A stretch of DNA of 64,000 bases, taken from positions 16,120,001-16,184,000 of the forward strand of contig OZ024747.1 of assembly GCA_964016885.1 (NCBI GenBank), read 5' to 3'. The notes under the pieces were generated by a model. The model saw only the letters and a program-made list of their open reading frames with translations. It was not told the origin of the DNA and searched no databases. Below, one piece after another: positions 1 to 14,390 of this stretch. Every line of letters begins with the position of its first letter. The stretch's first letter is position 1. The translations under genes and the position numbers were made by a program. This stretch comes from Eledone cirrhosa (Eukaryota).

Positions 1-23
1 GTGCCTAAAATAGAAACAATTAT

Positions 24-499
24 TTAATAGAGTACTCGATGCTTTGTATAGTAGAGTATGGGTATATTATATGATTGTGGAACTAGCTGTTGAAACAACG
101 GCATAAGCTCCGACACTGAGCCCTGATTCTTTAAAAAAACGGAAAAAAACGAAGATAATACGTCATGACTTGGAGGGGTGAAAACAATTACACGCCAGAG
201 AACGTCTCCACGAACCACCTAATGGAGTATTAGTCTACAACTTCATTTATACCATTAACGTGGTTTTGTCTTTGCGTGTAATTGTTTTCACGCTCAGAAT
301 AAGGACGTATTATCTTCGTTTTTTCCAGTCTTTGCCAGATAACGTTTCCACGAACCAATGTATCGTCTTCCTGTCTTCCTTCGGCTGCAATGTTTTTCGA
401 AATATTTACTTCTGCGTTCAGAGATTTAATTAGTTTCAGAAGATCCCGTTAAGGGTGAAAGCAGCAATTCATTGCTTAAACTTTAATCTGTTATTTTAA

Positions 500-500
<1 letters not shown>
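24..500. mobile_element. PLE terminal-repeat fragments: tail-like piece (24-~125) plus family E repeat in inverted (~125-195) and direct (~196-500) orientation
   Basis: 196-500 is similar to 34710-35047 and to the reverse complement of 950-1240 and 33135-33540; orientation switches at acacgc|cagagaacg; ends just before (TA)n. Confidence 0.75.
432..482 (+). ncRNA. Hammerhead-like motif, family E (CAGAAGA core)
   Basis: agttt-CAGAAGA-tcccgttaagggt-GAAA-gca..tgc-TT-aaact; stems I, II and III all pair. Confidence 0.6.
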
Positions 501-577
<77 letters not shown>

Positions 578-668
578 TGTATGTATAGTATATTTGGCAA
601 TATACCGTATGTTTAATTAAAAACATTTAGAAGACCATACGCTATCAGTTTTAAAGTAGTGACTATGT

Positions 669-727
669 CACTTACTTCTTTTCGGCATGAGAAGGGAGAG
701 CAACTGACAGTCTGGCTCATCAGAGTC
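669..727 (-). ncRNA. Degraded hammerhead motif
   Basis: Minus strand act-CTGATGA-gcca...tgcc-GAAA-agaag-TA-agt; mismatches in stems II and III; lies between microsatellites. Confidence 0.35.
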
Positions 728-859
728 ACGTACCTCCCTGCAGTCGCCGAAAATTATAGAAGGTGGTTTCTTATAGAATTGCATGTGTGTGTGTGTGTAT
801 GTGTGTGTGTGTGAATGTATGTATATATATATGAATGTATGTATATATATATATATATA

Positions 860-1650
860 GTAATAATAATAAATGTGAAGACTAAAATCCAAAGAGGGCT
901 CGATAAGGATAAATATATATAAAATATATAAGAACCCTAGAACAAATATTTCTTAAAATAACCGATTAAAGTTTAAGCAAAGAATCGCTGCTTTCATCCT
1001 TAAGGGGATCTTCTGAAACTAAAAAAAAAGTCAGTCTGTGAACGCAGAATTAAATATTTCGAAAAACGTTGCAACCGAAGGAAAATAGGAAGACGATACT
1101 TTGGTTCGTGAAGACGTTCCCTGGTAATGAACGGAAAAAAGCGAAGAAAATTGCCTCGTTATGTGGAGCGATGGGAACAATTACACGCAAATACAAAACC
1201 ACATTTATGGTATAAATGGAGTCATTAGACTAATATTCTATTTAAGAAACCGAATGATTCTTGGCTTCGGAGTTAAGAATAATGTAAATAAATTAGTTGA
1301 ACGAAAATGACAGAGGTTATTAAAATCATAAAAGTAATACTAATTACATACACACATCTATACATACATACACGTGCATACGCGAAAACACACGTCATGC
1401 ATGCATATACATGCACGTACACATAAGCATGCGCACACGTACGTAACCTAGCGCGACACATATACCCGCACACATACGAACGTATACACCAAATACACAT
1501 ATATGTGTGTATATTTATTTATGTATAAAATTATATATCTCCATATATAAATATACACGTATAAATGCGTATATAACGCACGCACACACATATTTACAGG
1601 CTTAACATTTAATGTTATTTTAATAGATTAATAAATAAATAAATAAATAT
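860..1650 (-). mobile_element. 5'-truncated family E PLE copy (tail, terminal repeat, 3'UTR); HHR-like motif at 970-1020
   Basis: Similar to 33055-33800; flanked by (TA)n. Confidence 0.8.
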
Positions 1651-1674
1651 CTATCTATATATATATATATATAC

Positions 1675-1869
1675 AGGAAAATGTAAGATCCCGACGGCAG
1701 AGCTCAAGCCGTTTCGACGGCTATTTCTGGAGTAGTCCAGAAATAGCCGTCGAACCGGCTTCAGCTCTGCGTCGGTGTCTTACATTTTCCTATTACCCAC
1801 TCTACTACCCTAAGTATTAAGTACTCTGGTGCGTTATTGTCCATCTGGTTCCTTACCACAACTCCTTCG

Positions 1870-1872
<3 letters not shown>
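1675..1872 (+). mobile_element. Family C fold-back element (palindrome 1675-1791, tail 1792-1872) with the 3' half of an HHR
   Basis: Near-perfect inverted repeat centred on ctggagtagtccag; same family as 24015-24620 and 48495-48876; within (TA)n. Confidence 0.8.
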
Positions 1873-1930
<58 letters not shown>

Positions 1931-2565
1931 GAATACATTGTATACATACATATATTTGATTTATGAATTAAGAGCTCTATGAATGAAAGAATCATTTTAG
2001 TCACAAGAAACATTTATGAGGGCTTCTCTTGCTGGTCTCCTTGTACTCAGATTAATGCAACACGGTTTTTTATACTCTGCGGCATATAAACGAGTTTGAT
2101 CGTCATACACGCCAACTAATATGTATTTCATATCAGAACTCATTTTTCATGATAGAATCCGAATTTATCTCCTTATAATTTTGCTATAAGGTATATTTTG
2201 GTCTACATACTTATTCAAATCATCACTAGTTATCTCGGAAAGCAATCTTCAGGCCACTAAATTGAAAATATATACCTTGCAGACATTTGACGTGTATTAT
2301 TCTGCTGGAAGGATGATGTGTAATCCCATGTGAGACCTGTTGAATAGATTCACTATCAAAAACATTCTTGGCGAACCATAATATTTTAAGAGAATTTTAT
2401 AAGACCACACGTTTATAGTATTTGGCTGTGTTATTCAAGGAATATGGTTGCATGTCCATAGATAAATAAAAGCTACCTTCTTTTGTATGATGTTCGTGCT
2501 TGTCTCTGGAATGCAAATGTGTATAGCCTGATTCATTTGTAAGCACGTGCTCAAATCTCTGATTA

Positions 2566-4310
2566 CACCGTGTAACATATTGTTTGTTCCCCGGTTCTAA
2601 GTGACGTTTCATGGTTTGTTATATCCCATTATTATAAAAAAAAACACTATTATTTACTCAGAACTTTGGGTTTGTGGTCAGGAGTTTGATATTTCGAAAG
2701 TTTCAATATTTTTCAAGAAAAAACACATTTTATTTTAAATTTATCAGTTCATATAATTAAATCAACAGTGTATATATTTATTTTATTACACAAGCTTATC
2801 AAAACAAACAAGTAAAAACAAATAACATTTATAAAGCAACTTATACACGTCAGAAATGTCTGGATTTCCTGGATTTGCGGTTGTAGTCCAGGTCGCATTC
2901 CCGCACTAGCCCCCATATATAGCCCTCTCCCCATCGCTTTTTCATTGTAGTGGCCCTGGTACCCCCGTTCTATCTCTTTTACATCTTGGTCGAATCGTTC
3001 GCCTTGTCCTTCTGAGTAGGCGCCCATATTGTCCTTGAATTTTTCCAGGTTAGCTTCCATCATATGGATTGTAAGTGATATCCTGCATCCCATGGCGCCA
3101 AAAGCCTTTATCAGATCCTGCACCAGTTGCTGGTAGTTTTCAGCTCTGTAGTTGGCTAGGAACCCCTTAACAACTGCCTTGAAACAGTTCCATGCTGTTC
3201 TCTCAATCCTATTGAGCTTATTGGAGAACTCGGTAGACTCAAACACGTTCTTTATCTGAGGTCCAACACAAAGTCCACCTTTGATTTTGGCCTCAGATAA
3301 TTGGGGAAGAACTCAAGAAGGTACTTAAAAGCGGCTGATTCTTGGTTGAGAGCCTTCACAAACTGCTTCCTCAACCCCAACTTAATATGCAGTGGCGGCA
3401 TTAGCACAATCTTGGGATCAACCAGTTGCTCCCACATGACGTTCCGGGTCCCAACTACAAATTCTGCTCGCTGCTCCCAGTTCTTTCTTTTGTAGTGGTG
3501 AGAAGTGGTTCAGCGGTCCCAAAGGCAGATGAAGCATTGGAATTGATAAAGCCTCCTTGGAGTCCAAGCAGGAAAGCCACCATCTTGAAGTCTCCAATGA
3601 TTTCCCAATTGTACTGGTTGTATTGTAGAGTTTCCAAAAGGACTTTCACACTGTAGTAATCTTCCTTCAGGCAGACTGAATGAGCTATGGGCAGTGTCGG
3701 GAACTTGTTTCCATTGTGGAGGAGGACAGCCTTCAAACTTGTGGTGGAGTTGTCTATAAATAGCCGCCACTCCTTGGGCACACACGGCACCCAATAACGT
3801 CAAACAGTCCAGGCACGTCATGGCAGAGGCAGAGGCCATCCATAAGAGTGTAAAAGCCTGAGAAAGGTTCGTGTCGACTTCTCTGATTTGTCACCTGCAC
3901 TTCCTCCTTGACCAAGTTCCACTGCTTCATCCATGAAACGAATTCTTAAAACACAACTTACCATTTAATCAGGGTGCGAAAATCTAGTATTAATAAATCT
4001 CTTTAATCCACTTTTTAACAATTTTATTCTTTATTACACTTTTATAATTTTCTTTAGGTATTACTCTTTATATTATAATTTTAATTTAATCTGAAACAGA
4101 TATAAACAAATCATTTAACATAAGCAAATTAAACTTACATACAACGTAAAATCCAGCATACAAATAATTCTAGTGAATAGCTTAGAATGTTTACAGACCG
4201 AAACTTTTAACTGTTTAATAGCACTTTTTTTTTTATTTTGGACCTAAGCAACACAAAAAAGTGATCACAGGCCAGGAACAGAGAAAAACATTTTTTTTTG
4301 TTACACTGTT
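2566..4310 (-). mobile_element. Chapaev3-like (CMC) DNA transposon, internally deleted, frameshifted transposase
   Basis: Terminal inverted repeats (TIRs) CACCGTGTAACA / tgttacactgtt; motifs WRLFIDNS..SLKAVLLHNGN, GDFKMVAFLLG, PPLHIKLGL.KQFVKAL, GQGERFDQD; inverted homolog at 16479-18171. Confidence 0.85.
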
Positions 4311-6551
4311 TTTAATATATCATATTGTGTATAACACACTTCTCAGTGTAATATCTTTATCATTCTGTTATAAATGAACTAGGTTTCGTGGGTTGGATCA
4401 GTTAGGGTGACAACTAGCTGGATGTAAAATGTTGACTTCTCGACGTAAAGGATTGTGCAAACATCACTGGAAAGATTTACAAGCAAGGCCAACCGTCAGG
4501 AGACTCAGATGTATACCATGAGAAAGTTGGCTGTATAAAATATGTGAGCTGGGTTGGTCTAGCTTATCTATCCAAGCGGGTCAATTGGATCTTCTGGAAG
4601 GCTTTCCTGTGAAATTTGCCCCAATGACCTTCCTACAAATTTGCGAGAAAGAAAACTCATTGTAGTAGAAGTTTGGAATAGGTGCTAGAACCAGATGGAA
4701 ATATATGGACCTCAATGTTAATGGTCAAGTAAGAGATATGCATTTTCTAGTTTATCTTTCAATAATAATGCTGCTATTTGAAAATGAAAAAACGACGTTC
4801 AGAAATATAAAATCCCTGACGTGGATAGGTGGTACTACAAAGATTTGCGGTAGAGTTTTATCACTATATCAAGAAATAACTGAATAGTGACTCATGCGTG
4901 AGCCGTCTTAGTGAATTTGCCAAAATATGTCTGAATACAGAAGATGATTCAAATACAATTAACTCATGCTCGGAACACTTTGATCTGAGCATTGTGAGAA
5001 AGCATTGTATAACTGAAAGCATTCAATTACTTCTGTAGAATGAACATAATATGAAATGGATGAAACAAAAAATGAGGAAAGTAAGAATAATCTCCATGAT
5101 ATTACTGAATGATATGTTGATGAATACTATTATAAATCTTATAAATCTCACTTTTATGGTTCCACTTTTGAAATAATGAAATTGGGGAAAAATAATCACA
5201 TTAAGGCAGGATAAAATCTGTAAATTTTTAAGAAAGATTTTGCAACTAGATAAAAAAAAAACACCTTAATTATAAATGCGAAACCCGTTAATGTCAGCGT
5301 TAAGATAAACAAGGCACTTTCAGTCGGCTATCTATTATACATCAGAATTTCTGCATACATTTTAATAAAATTAAGAATGTGTCTTCTCAAACTAACCGAA
5401 TTTGAAGGATCTCTAAATAGGAAAATGTGTTGTTCTTCCCTAGATCAATACATTTTGTCTAAAAATATGATGGGTTTCGTTGTTGCTAGACTTTATGAAC
5501 AGGCAGTACAGTGTCAAATGTGGCCTTCCTTTATTAAGAGGGTTAAGGTTTGATTTATATGAGGTTTAGATGAAAGATTTAGCAGGCTTATCCTAGTAAT
5601 AACTGTTCTGAGAGTTCAGTATACTACTCTTGACAACAATGTATCAAAATAAATGTTTTCTACATATTTAAAAAATCTATTTGTTTTTCTATTTTAAATT
5701 TGCATCAAGATTTCACGCATACACATAAAGACCCCACCACCACCACCACCACCACAACCACACACATATTAATGCTGACTGGTGACTTAGAGTTGTATCA
5801 AGGTTTTCCTTAACGAGTTTTTTTTCGATTTCTGAAGCAATTTGAAATCGTTTATTTAGGAGATGATACAATGTAAATAATTATTCAAGATTAAAACGTT
5901 TAATCTTCTATCGTATTGAGGCGCTTATGCCAGTGTTTATATTAGTGAAAACACATACACCTATAAAAATATGTACACACACACACATATATATATATAT
6001 GTGTGTATATATATTTAAGAAGAAGAGGAAGGAGAGACGGTGACATATATTAAATAAATTCTATAGATGTTACTAATCTACAAATTATTATACAGTACAA
6101 TAGCACAGTAACAAACATATAACATATAACTCTGTATACTTTACTAGGCAAATAAGCAATTATCTCTGTTTGTTGAAAATAGATAAATTTGTTTCATTTT
6201 TTGTGTGCGTGTGTATATTTGTATTTGTGTAGGTTTCTGCCGATTTTAATTATAAAATATTGTCCGATGATCACTATAGCATCTACGACCTATACAAGAC
6301 AAAACAAATATAATCAATATATGAAACATATAAATATTATTAAGTTGATATCAAAGAAATATATATTTAAAAGAAAGTATCAGGAGACGTATCATATACT
6401 ATGACTTTTATCTTGCTACCTCATCATCATCAGGCAATATCATTTTAAAAATGATTATAATGGGTTATATGATGAAATTACCATGTATATGAGTATTTCT
6501 GTCTGTATATCTGTGAACTGATGTACGCGTCTATGTATGTATGTATGTATG

Positions 6552-6584
<33 letters not shown>

Positions 6585-6586
<2 letters not shown>

Positions 6587-6762
6587 ATTGGCAGTATCGG
6601 TAGAGGGTTGGACGTCATGCCTTGCAGCATAGGGTCACCGCCCTTTATGATCTGAGTTCAAATCCCGCCGAGGTTAACTTTGTCTTTCATCCTTACGGGC
6701 TCGATAAAGTACCAGTAATACACTGGATAATTGCTGGCCTTGTGCCAAAAGTAGAAACAATT
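6585..6762 (+). mobile_element. tRNA-derived SINE (octopus OK/Nin-domain-like)
   Basis: A-box-like tggcagtatcgg, B-box gagttcaaatcc, core ctttcatccttacgggctcgataaa, tail gccttgtgccaaaagtagaaacaat; multicopy in the window. Confidence 0.85.
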
Positions 6763-6889
6763 ATTATATATATATATACATATATATATATACATTTGTG
6801 TGTGTGTCTATAAACACACACACACACATATATATATATATATGTGTGTGTATATACATAAATCTCTCTCTTTCTCTCTCTCTCTCGCC

Positions 6890-6954
<65 letters not shown>

Positions 6955-7358
6955 CATATATAATAAGAAAATGCGAAGTAGTTTCAGCAGTTAAAGTTCT
7001 TTATTGATATGGCTGTGATACATATCTAAATGACGACAATGGTCACGCGACTCCGCCTAACCAATGTCATGATCTCATCCGACAGCTTCTTACATAGTAA
7101 TGTTATGTTCTCGAGGCAATCCAAATTAAAACGACATGGGTACGGACAAAGATGATGTTCTTGAAGCCTTCACCCGTTCGATTATATATTGTATGGAATA
7201 TTATAGAATGATCTACCATCAGTTTCGGAGATGAGTGTTTCATTCTTTCGATTAACTGAGAGGACTGATTTTGAAATTTAGAGTTTTGTTTGGTAATATT
7301 TTGTGGATCTAACTATGTAACGCAACTCGCCATCTGGACTGAGTGTTATACTTACTAT

Positions 7359-7435
<77 letters not shown>

Positions 7436-7442
<7 letters not shown>

Positions 7443-7719
7443 GTGAGGTTTTTTTTACAAAATGAAAAATAACCGAGGTGTCCTACACGAGTGAAAGTAT
7501 AAAGAAAAAGAGATGAAATCGAAAATGCAACTGGAGTCTTATTTTTTTAAAAAATATATATATTTATTTGGTTCCTTTACCGGTTTCGCAGTTCTTCTGC
7601 TTTTGAAAAGGTGAGTTGAGATGGAGGGTCTGTGGTTTTTCTCACATCTGGTTGGTCTCTGAATGTTATTTGTTTTATATGGAAAAAGTGGCTCGAAATG
7701 CTAGGTTTTTCGAGAAGTA
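7436..7719 (-). mobile_element. Family A PLE terminal repeat plus tail; HHR 7574-7611 with G5 mutated
   Basis: Nearly identical to 24667-25028, 58756-58970 and 63402-63755; in (TA)n. Confidence 0.8.
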
Positions 7720-8308
7720 TATATATATATATATGTATATATCGTTCAATAGAAGCATATATTGTAAAACAGTATGGTGTGGCTTATGGAGATTTTGTTG
7801 CTATATTGATATTCAAGCGACCACGATGAAAAAAAAGCTTCATTTGTTGGATTGCTTACGATCATTGTATATACTTAGTCATCTCTATTTATTTTTAGAT
7901 GGCGACTATTTTATTGTTTCGTATATATAATTTTTTTTTTTTTCCATTAATCACATGATGAGTTCGAAAAAAATCAAGACAGAATAAGATAATATAGGAA
8001 TTCGTTAGATGACTCTTATAATAGCCATCATGTCAGTATTTTATTATTATTCCTCTACTAAAATTTGAGGACAATCACATATACAAAAATAACAAAAACA
8101 GAAGCGACACATTGAAAGGAGAAAATAACTATGATCTATATAGAATTAAAAACGATGCAAACAAGTAAGTCAAGCGCATATAGGTTTGTATATACATATT
8201 TATGTAAGTGTTTGTGTATGTATGAATGTGTGTATGTATGTAGGTATACATGTGTCTATATAAATACATTCATTCTTACTCACCCGCACACACACACACA
8301 CACACACG

Positions 8309-8374
<66 letters not shown>

Positions 8375-8574
8375 TATATATATTTATACTGCAGCATCAG
8401 ATGAACGACGACATACTGCATGAAATAACTATTTTCTCGATTTATATATTCCAGTTAGAATATGGAGATAAATTGGTTAAAATCACTTTGAATAAAAGCC
8501 TAAAAAACAACAGGGAAAGATAGAAACTAAGTAAAAGTAAAAGTGAGAGAGAGAAATTGAGCATGTATGTAAGA

Positions 8575-8681
<107 letters not shown>

Positions 8682-8743
8682 GGGAACTGGTGAGAAAGAG
8701 TAGGAAAGAATTGTGTTGTAACTAAGTATTAAAGAAACAGCCT

Positions 8744-8850
8744 CCCGCCGAGGTTGACTTTACCTTTCATCCTTACGGAGTCGATAAAATAAAGTACCAG
8801 TAATGCACTGGGTAATTGCTGGCCTCGTGCCAAAAGTAGAAACAGTTATT
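8744..8850 (+). mobile_element. SINE, 5'-truncated
   Basis: cccgccgaggttgacttt...gccaaaagtagaaaca. Confidence 0.8.
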
Positions 8851-9603
8851 TAGAATTTCTGTTGTTGAATAATACACAGGGTGCAGTTAATAGCTATGGA
8901 TTATATCATATGTGACGATACCTGTAGATAATGGGCACGTAACCATAGTATGCCCAAAGATACAATGTCTTTACTGTGAATGGTGAGTTGAAGTTACTAA
9001 CTCTCTCAGCCATAATATTTGGCATAGAATTCACTTTACATTTTCTGCTTCAAGCGTATATGTAAATGTTATATGACTGTTGTCACATAAGCACTATACA
9101 TATGTGGTTAATCTAATTGGTATACCAAAGAGCATTCAGCCTCAAGGCTAACTCATACACGATCAAATTACAGATAAAATCCTGTTTTGTAGAAACAACC
9201 TCATCCCCGCCTTGACTAGAATTGTTGAAACTAGAACTAGAACCATGTTGCTATTGGTGTCAAAGTTAACTTTTAATAAACTGCATATGTCAGTTATATA
9301 ATTAGTGTCACATCAGCAAGGTAAATATACACTAGACTTCATGAGTTCAATGCTCTGAACAGATTAATGTTTTGTATTTAGGATATATTGTTATTGGTAG
9401 GAAAATGGTGCACATACTGCGTGGTAGGAAAATGGTGCACATACTGCGAGATGGTCTTTCCATACTAATTCCTTTGTGCTCTAGCTCAATAGGACTGATT
9501 GATGAATGCTGAGAGCAATACAGTTTTACATCTTGAATTAAAAAACATTGTGAATGCATACGTCGTTCAAGATTTCATTTTACAATATGCCCCTTCACTG
9601 CCG

Positions 9604-9669
<66 letters not shown>

Positions 9670-10687
9670 TCTCTTGTAACTATTCGAATTTGGTTTCCGA
9701 TTCTGAGAGCTTGTGGTTTTTTTCCCCTCTTCTTCCATCAGTTTGGGAGACTCTACAAAACGATTATGAACAGTGTACGTTTACCTTATAAACCTTTACG
9801 CTATAATAGAATGCCATGATGTTATAGAAAAATATATCTGCCTACATACTAACTTAGAAGGTTAATGTAAAACTAGAAAATGAATAGATTTCAAAAAGTA
9901 TATATTTAACACTTGAATGTGTTTTACTACTTATTACAGCCACCAATATTTGAAAGATATTCATCGCTATAGAAATATGATTCTAAACATATTTTCCGCA
10001 TGGATTTATCTAATTTTTTACGTGTGGATATATTCGCTTTTTTGCCTATAACGTTTGCTATTGCATGTTATTTATCATGTAACTTGCTACAAAATCAAAA
10101 TATAAAGTATAAAACGAAGAAGGTATTATTTGTTATATGACTTGGTAAACGGTAATAAACACACTTTGACATCATAACTTCAACAGTCCCCGAGATAGCG
10201 GTGATCCAAACAGGCAACCAAGCAAAGGAGATAAAAACAGAAACATGTATGTGTTTATTGTTGGATAAATTGTAAATGTGGCGGAGTTGTGATAGTTGCG
10301 TCAGTTAAAGCTTTCAGTTGAAGTTTGATAACTGGTATAATAATAAATGTTTTATATACAGTATTATTCTTGAATAAATGCCTTTCATATGACGCCGGGA
10401 GAATAAGAATACAGATTTAATATGGCGCCGGAGAACTTCGATATGAAGTTTTAAATGGAGGCTAAGAGTGAGATGATATGTGACAAAATTAATATAAACT
10501 ACGGTTCAACATACACAGAAATACAGTGTATATAAATAACTCTTGCACAAATAATGTAATAATTGTATGGTAAGACATTATAAGGAATGTGATACCTGAC
10601 GTTTGAAAGAATTATGCCTGCATTGAAGAAATATGTGGGCCTGAATAATCATTGACAGATATGTGTCAGTGTGATGGGATATTGTTC

Positions 10688-11035
10688 ATGCGGTTGGATG
10701 TGCGATGTATGTGCGTTGTAAAATTAAAGGCAGATGAAATAACCTGAAAGCGCTCACGCTGTTGTTTCTATCTCAGGACAACCATTATATAAAGGAGGTA
10801 ATAGGATGATCCATAATTCTGTATGTAATGAATTAACATAGTGTGTATCACTATAACGAATGCGGTTGGATGTGTGATGTATATGTGTTGTAAAAGTAAA
10901 GGCAGATGAAATAACCTGAAGGCGCTCTCGCTGTTGTTTCTATCTCAGGACAACCACTATATCAAGGAGGTAATCGGGTGATACATCATTCTGCATGTAA
11001 TGAATTAACATAGTGTGTATCACTATGATGAATGC
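10688..11035 (+). repeat. Tandem duplication, 2 x ~172 bp
   Basis: atgcggttggatgtg...gtgtgtatcacta repeated from 10688 and 10860. Confidence 0.9.
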
Positions 11036-11974
11036 AATGTACCAACCCTGTAGGTATTCTGCTGTCCAGTGCAGCTGAGCGAAAGCAGCTTTATTCAAGA
11101 CTGACATTTTCTGTAGTCTAGGGATATGAATACTTGCAATGTGATTTGGTATTTTATGCTGCTCCTATCTCTCTAAATTGAATCAGATGAAGATTGATCT
11201 TAGCATGATGTACTTTGGTAATTTGTAGGGATGCCTTGGTATTTATTAGATTGATGAATTGTGGAACAGGATTAATAATGGCCAAATTAATGATGATAAA
11301 GACATATTTAGTATGTTGTCGCATGCATTTAAACACTTGATGGAATTTACTAGACGAGAGAAAAACTATCCTCTTGATTACTGTGCTTGTCTATTACGGG
11401 TAATTTTCTACTTGAATGGTTTGATTTACGATATTACAAGCAAGACCGCAATCATCATGCCCACCGTATTTAATCTAATGATTTATACTAGGGTGCAATA
11501 CTTACTTAGAAACTAGTGGACGCGTCAATTTAAAATTAAACGAGTTAGTCACAGAAACAATCCATTGGCGATGACAGGTTTATTGAATGTACATTGGTTA
11601 CTTGCAGAAATAATACTATATATCAGATCTGAGAAAACGTCTGATACTTTATTAACACAAAAATGATATTAAAATGATAATGATGGCATCACACATATAT
11701 TCACATAATCACAGATGCAAAAAGAAAGCAATACCAACAAAGAAACTTATCCATTATGCAATGGTAGATACAATATGAAAAACAAATTGAAATATATTTT
11801 TTATGTAAATGAATTGACTGCTGGCGTCTTTGAAAGTAAAGCATTAAAATATGAACTGAGGTCAATATTACAACATGTTAACGTTTAGGGAAAATATTAA
11901 TGTCATATGTGCTTCATCAATTCATTCAGAACGTTGTCAGAATGATAACGTTCAAAATCATTAATATTTATGTC

Positions 11975-12060
11975 ACCGTCACCATATTTATCAGCATCAC
12001 CATCATCGTCATCATCGTCATCGTCGTCATCATCGTTTTCATCATCAGCATTACCACCAC

Positions 12061-12112
<52 letters not shown>

Positions 12113-12128
12113 GTCATCATCATCGTCG

Positions 12129-12190
<62 letters not shown>
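11975..12190 (+). repeat. (CAT)n microsatellite
   Basis: Direct observation. Confidence 0.95.
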
Positions 12191-13819
12191 TTTATGATAT
12201 TTATCTTGAGCATTATTGAATCTGCCAAAAACAACACAGCAGCACTAATGTCTGAATGTTAGAAACATCCATAGTCTAGTTTTAGTATTAGTAGAGACTC
12301 ATCATTTTAGTAGCTGTATAGCAATCAGAAACAGTCGATAAATTGTGGACAGTCAGCGATGTGATTGGAGGTCATGGCAATTATTTTAAAAGAAATTATC
12401 GAATGCTAATGTTAAATTTCTTTGCAATACATGATTGGCTAATAAATTAGATGTTTTCTTTTTTACTCAGACATCATTAAGCTACTATCTAAAATTGGTT
12501 TGCAATTAATATTTCTTCGTGGGTTGGGACTTTTGTTGTTTTTACCAGTTCAATGTGTCTGGGAAATTATTCTGGGCTTGTTAATGACAATGAATGCTTC
12601 AAGAATGACTTTTAACTTTTAAATTTATTATTCTCTATGTTGGTTGATTGATTGCTTGATTGAGGTGATAGATACACCTCATTTGCAAATGTTTTCCTAT
12701 TTAATAGACTTGGAGAGCAGTATCAAAATGCTGATGTTTTTATCTATGATACAGCAATTGTGACACTGAAAAGAGATATATTGAAAAAATGAACACTTGT
12801 AAAAACTAAGACAACTTACTTTCAGCAGTATTATTTAGTTTCATTCCTTTTGTATGGAATAATTGCACCCCTGTACTATACAGAGTTAAGTAGAATATTC
12901 CTGTCTATAGAGTTATAACTTAGCAGCAATGCCAAAAATGGATGATATTGTAACAGAACTATTAGACCAAAGCAAGCAATGATTGAACAGGATTATACTG
13001 AGACAGTCAAACTTTTATCATTCAGTTATTATCCTTAGAATAGTGATAGCATAATCACATTATCCAATGTATCATCGTTTCTTTTACCTTCGTTTGACGT
13101 TACCATTTGTGATATATTCGTCTACTATTTTAATCAGGTAAAGCGAATGAAAGGGTCTCGTTTCGAAAGTTATAATATAACGGGGTCGAATTATTCAGAG
13201 GTCTATTTCACACTATGTTCTAGATTCAATCCATAGCACAAACTTTCGGGAACATGTCCTTTCGTATAGAGTCCCTTCACCCCAAGCATTGCAAAAGAAA
13301 GTGTGTAGACCTAAACTGTTTTGAAGCCAGTCGGATGAATTGTAGCTGTTACACAAAGGATCATTCTTTTCATCATCTACGTTACTCAGAATCTCTACAA
13401 TACCTATTTTAAGGGTTCACGTATATATGAATATTCAGCTACTTAAGATGTACTATAAAGTGTAAACCTTTCCATTGATCAAACTAATGAAACACTCACC
13501 GTCGAACCTTTCAAAGATTCATTTACATTTTAAACGAATTAAAATTATCGGTATTGAATATGATTGCTTCTATTTGTAATGATTGATTAAAACTGTCTGT
13601 TCGGTATCCATGAAATGGAAGATCATTTCATAATATTCAGCATATTTTCAATTCATTACCATAGTGTATTGTTGGGTAAAGGTAGCGGAGTGAATAAATT
13701 CAGCTCATTCATATATGATAGAAAATTATTATCGTTATTGACAGCAATGAAATTTGACTTTACACATTCGTCATACTATGTGCAAGTCTCAATAGTTATA
13801 AACCTCTTGTTATATAGTG

Positions 13820-14040
13820 ATTATCCACACCGATCAATACTTTTCTCGTTTCTAATTTCGTTATTGAACAATTGATGAGTTGCAGTTATTTCTCCTTAGC
13901 CATTTATTTACTTGATATTTGCAGGTCTAAGTAGTTTTAAACTTCCTATTATTATTGCGATTATCCACACCAATCAATATTTTCTTTATTGCCAATGTCG
14001 TTGTTGAACAATTGATGAGTTGCAGATATTTCATCTTAGC
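13820..14040 (+). repeat. Diverged direct repeat, ~80 bp, ~140 bp period
   Basis: gattatccacacc...gaacaattgatgagttgcag..cttagc occurs twice. Confidence 0.75.
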
Positions 14041-14269
14041 TGTATATACATATTCAAAATAGAATAATCTTTCTTGATTAATAAAAAAAGGGAAAAATCC
14101 ATAGATAATATAAACATATATATATTTTACAATATTGGCAATAATGCTCGTTTAATGCAGACAACTAAGGATGCCTTCAAAATCACACAAACATTAGTGT
14201 GGTGGAATGGCAGAATTATTAGAAAGTCAGATAAAATGTCTTTGCAAAATTTCTTCTGACTCTTTAATT

Positions 14270-14390
14270 TCTGAGTTCACATTTCGCTGAGGTGAATTTA
14301 CCATTTAACCTCACGCGATCGAGAAAGTAATGTACCAGCACAGTATCAGGGTTGATTTGTCAACTTTTCCCTTCTTACAAATTAGAATAT
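14270..14390 (+). mobile_element. Degraded SINE
   Basis: ctgagttcacatttcgctgaggt...gtaccag resembles the SINE B-box and core. Confidence 0.55.

Noticed and set aside
6585-6675. tRNA gene or CRISPR interpretation of the dispersed repeats
   Set aside because: A/B boxes belong to SINE heads with no cloverleaf; no regularly spaced repeat-spacer array; eukaryotic context
10660-10730. CSC..C-containing peptide resembling a SWIM finger
   Set aside because: Too short, stop-interrupted, no other MULE motifs seen
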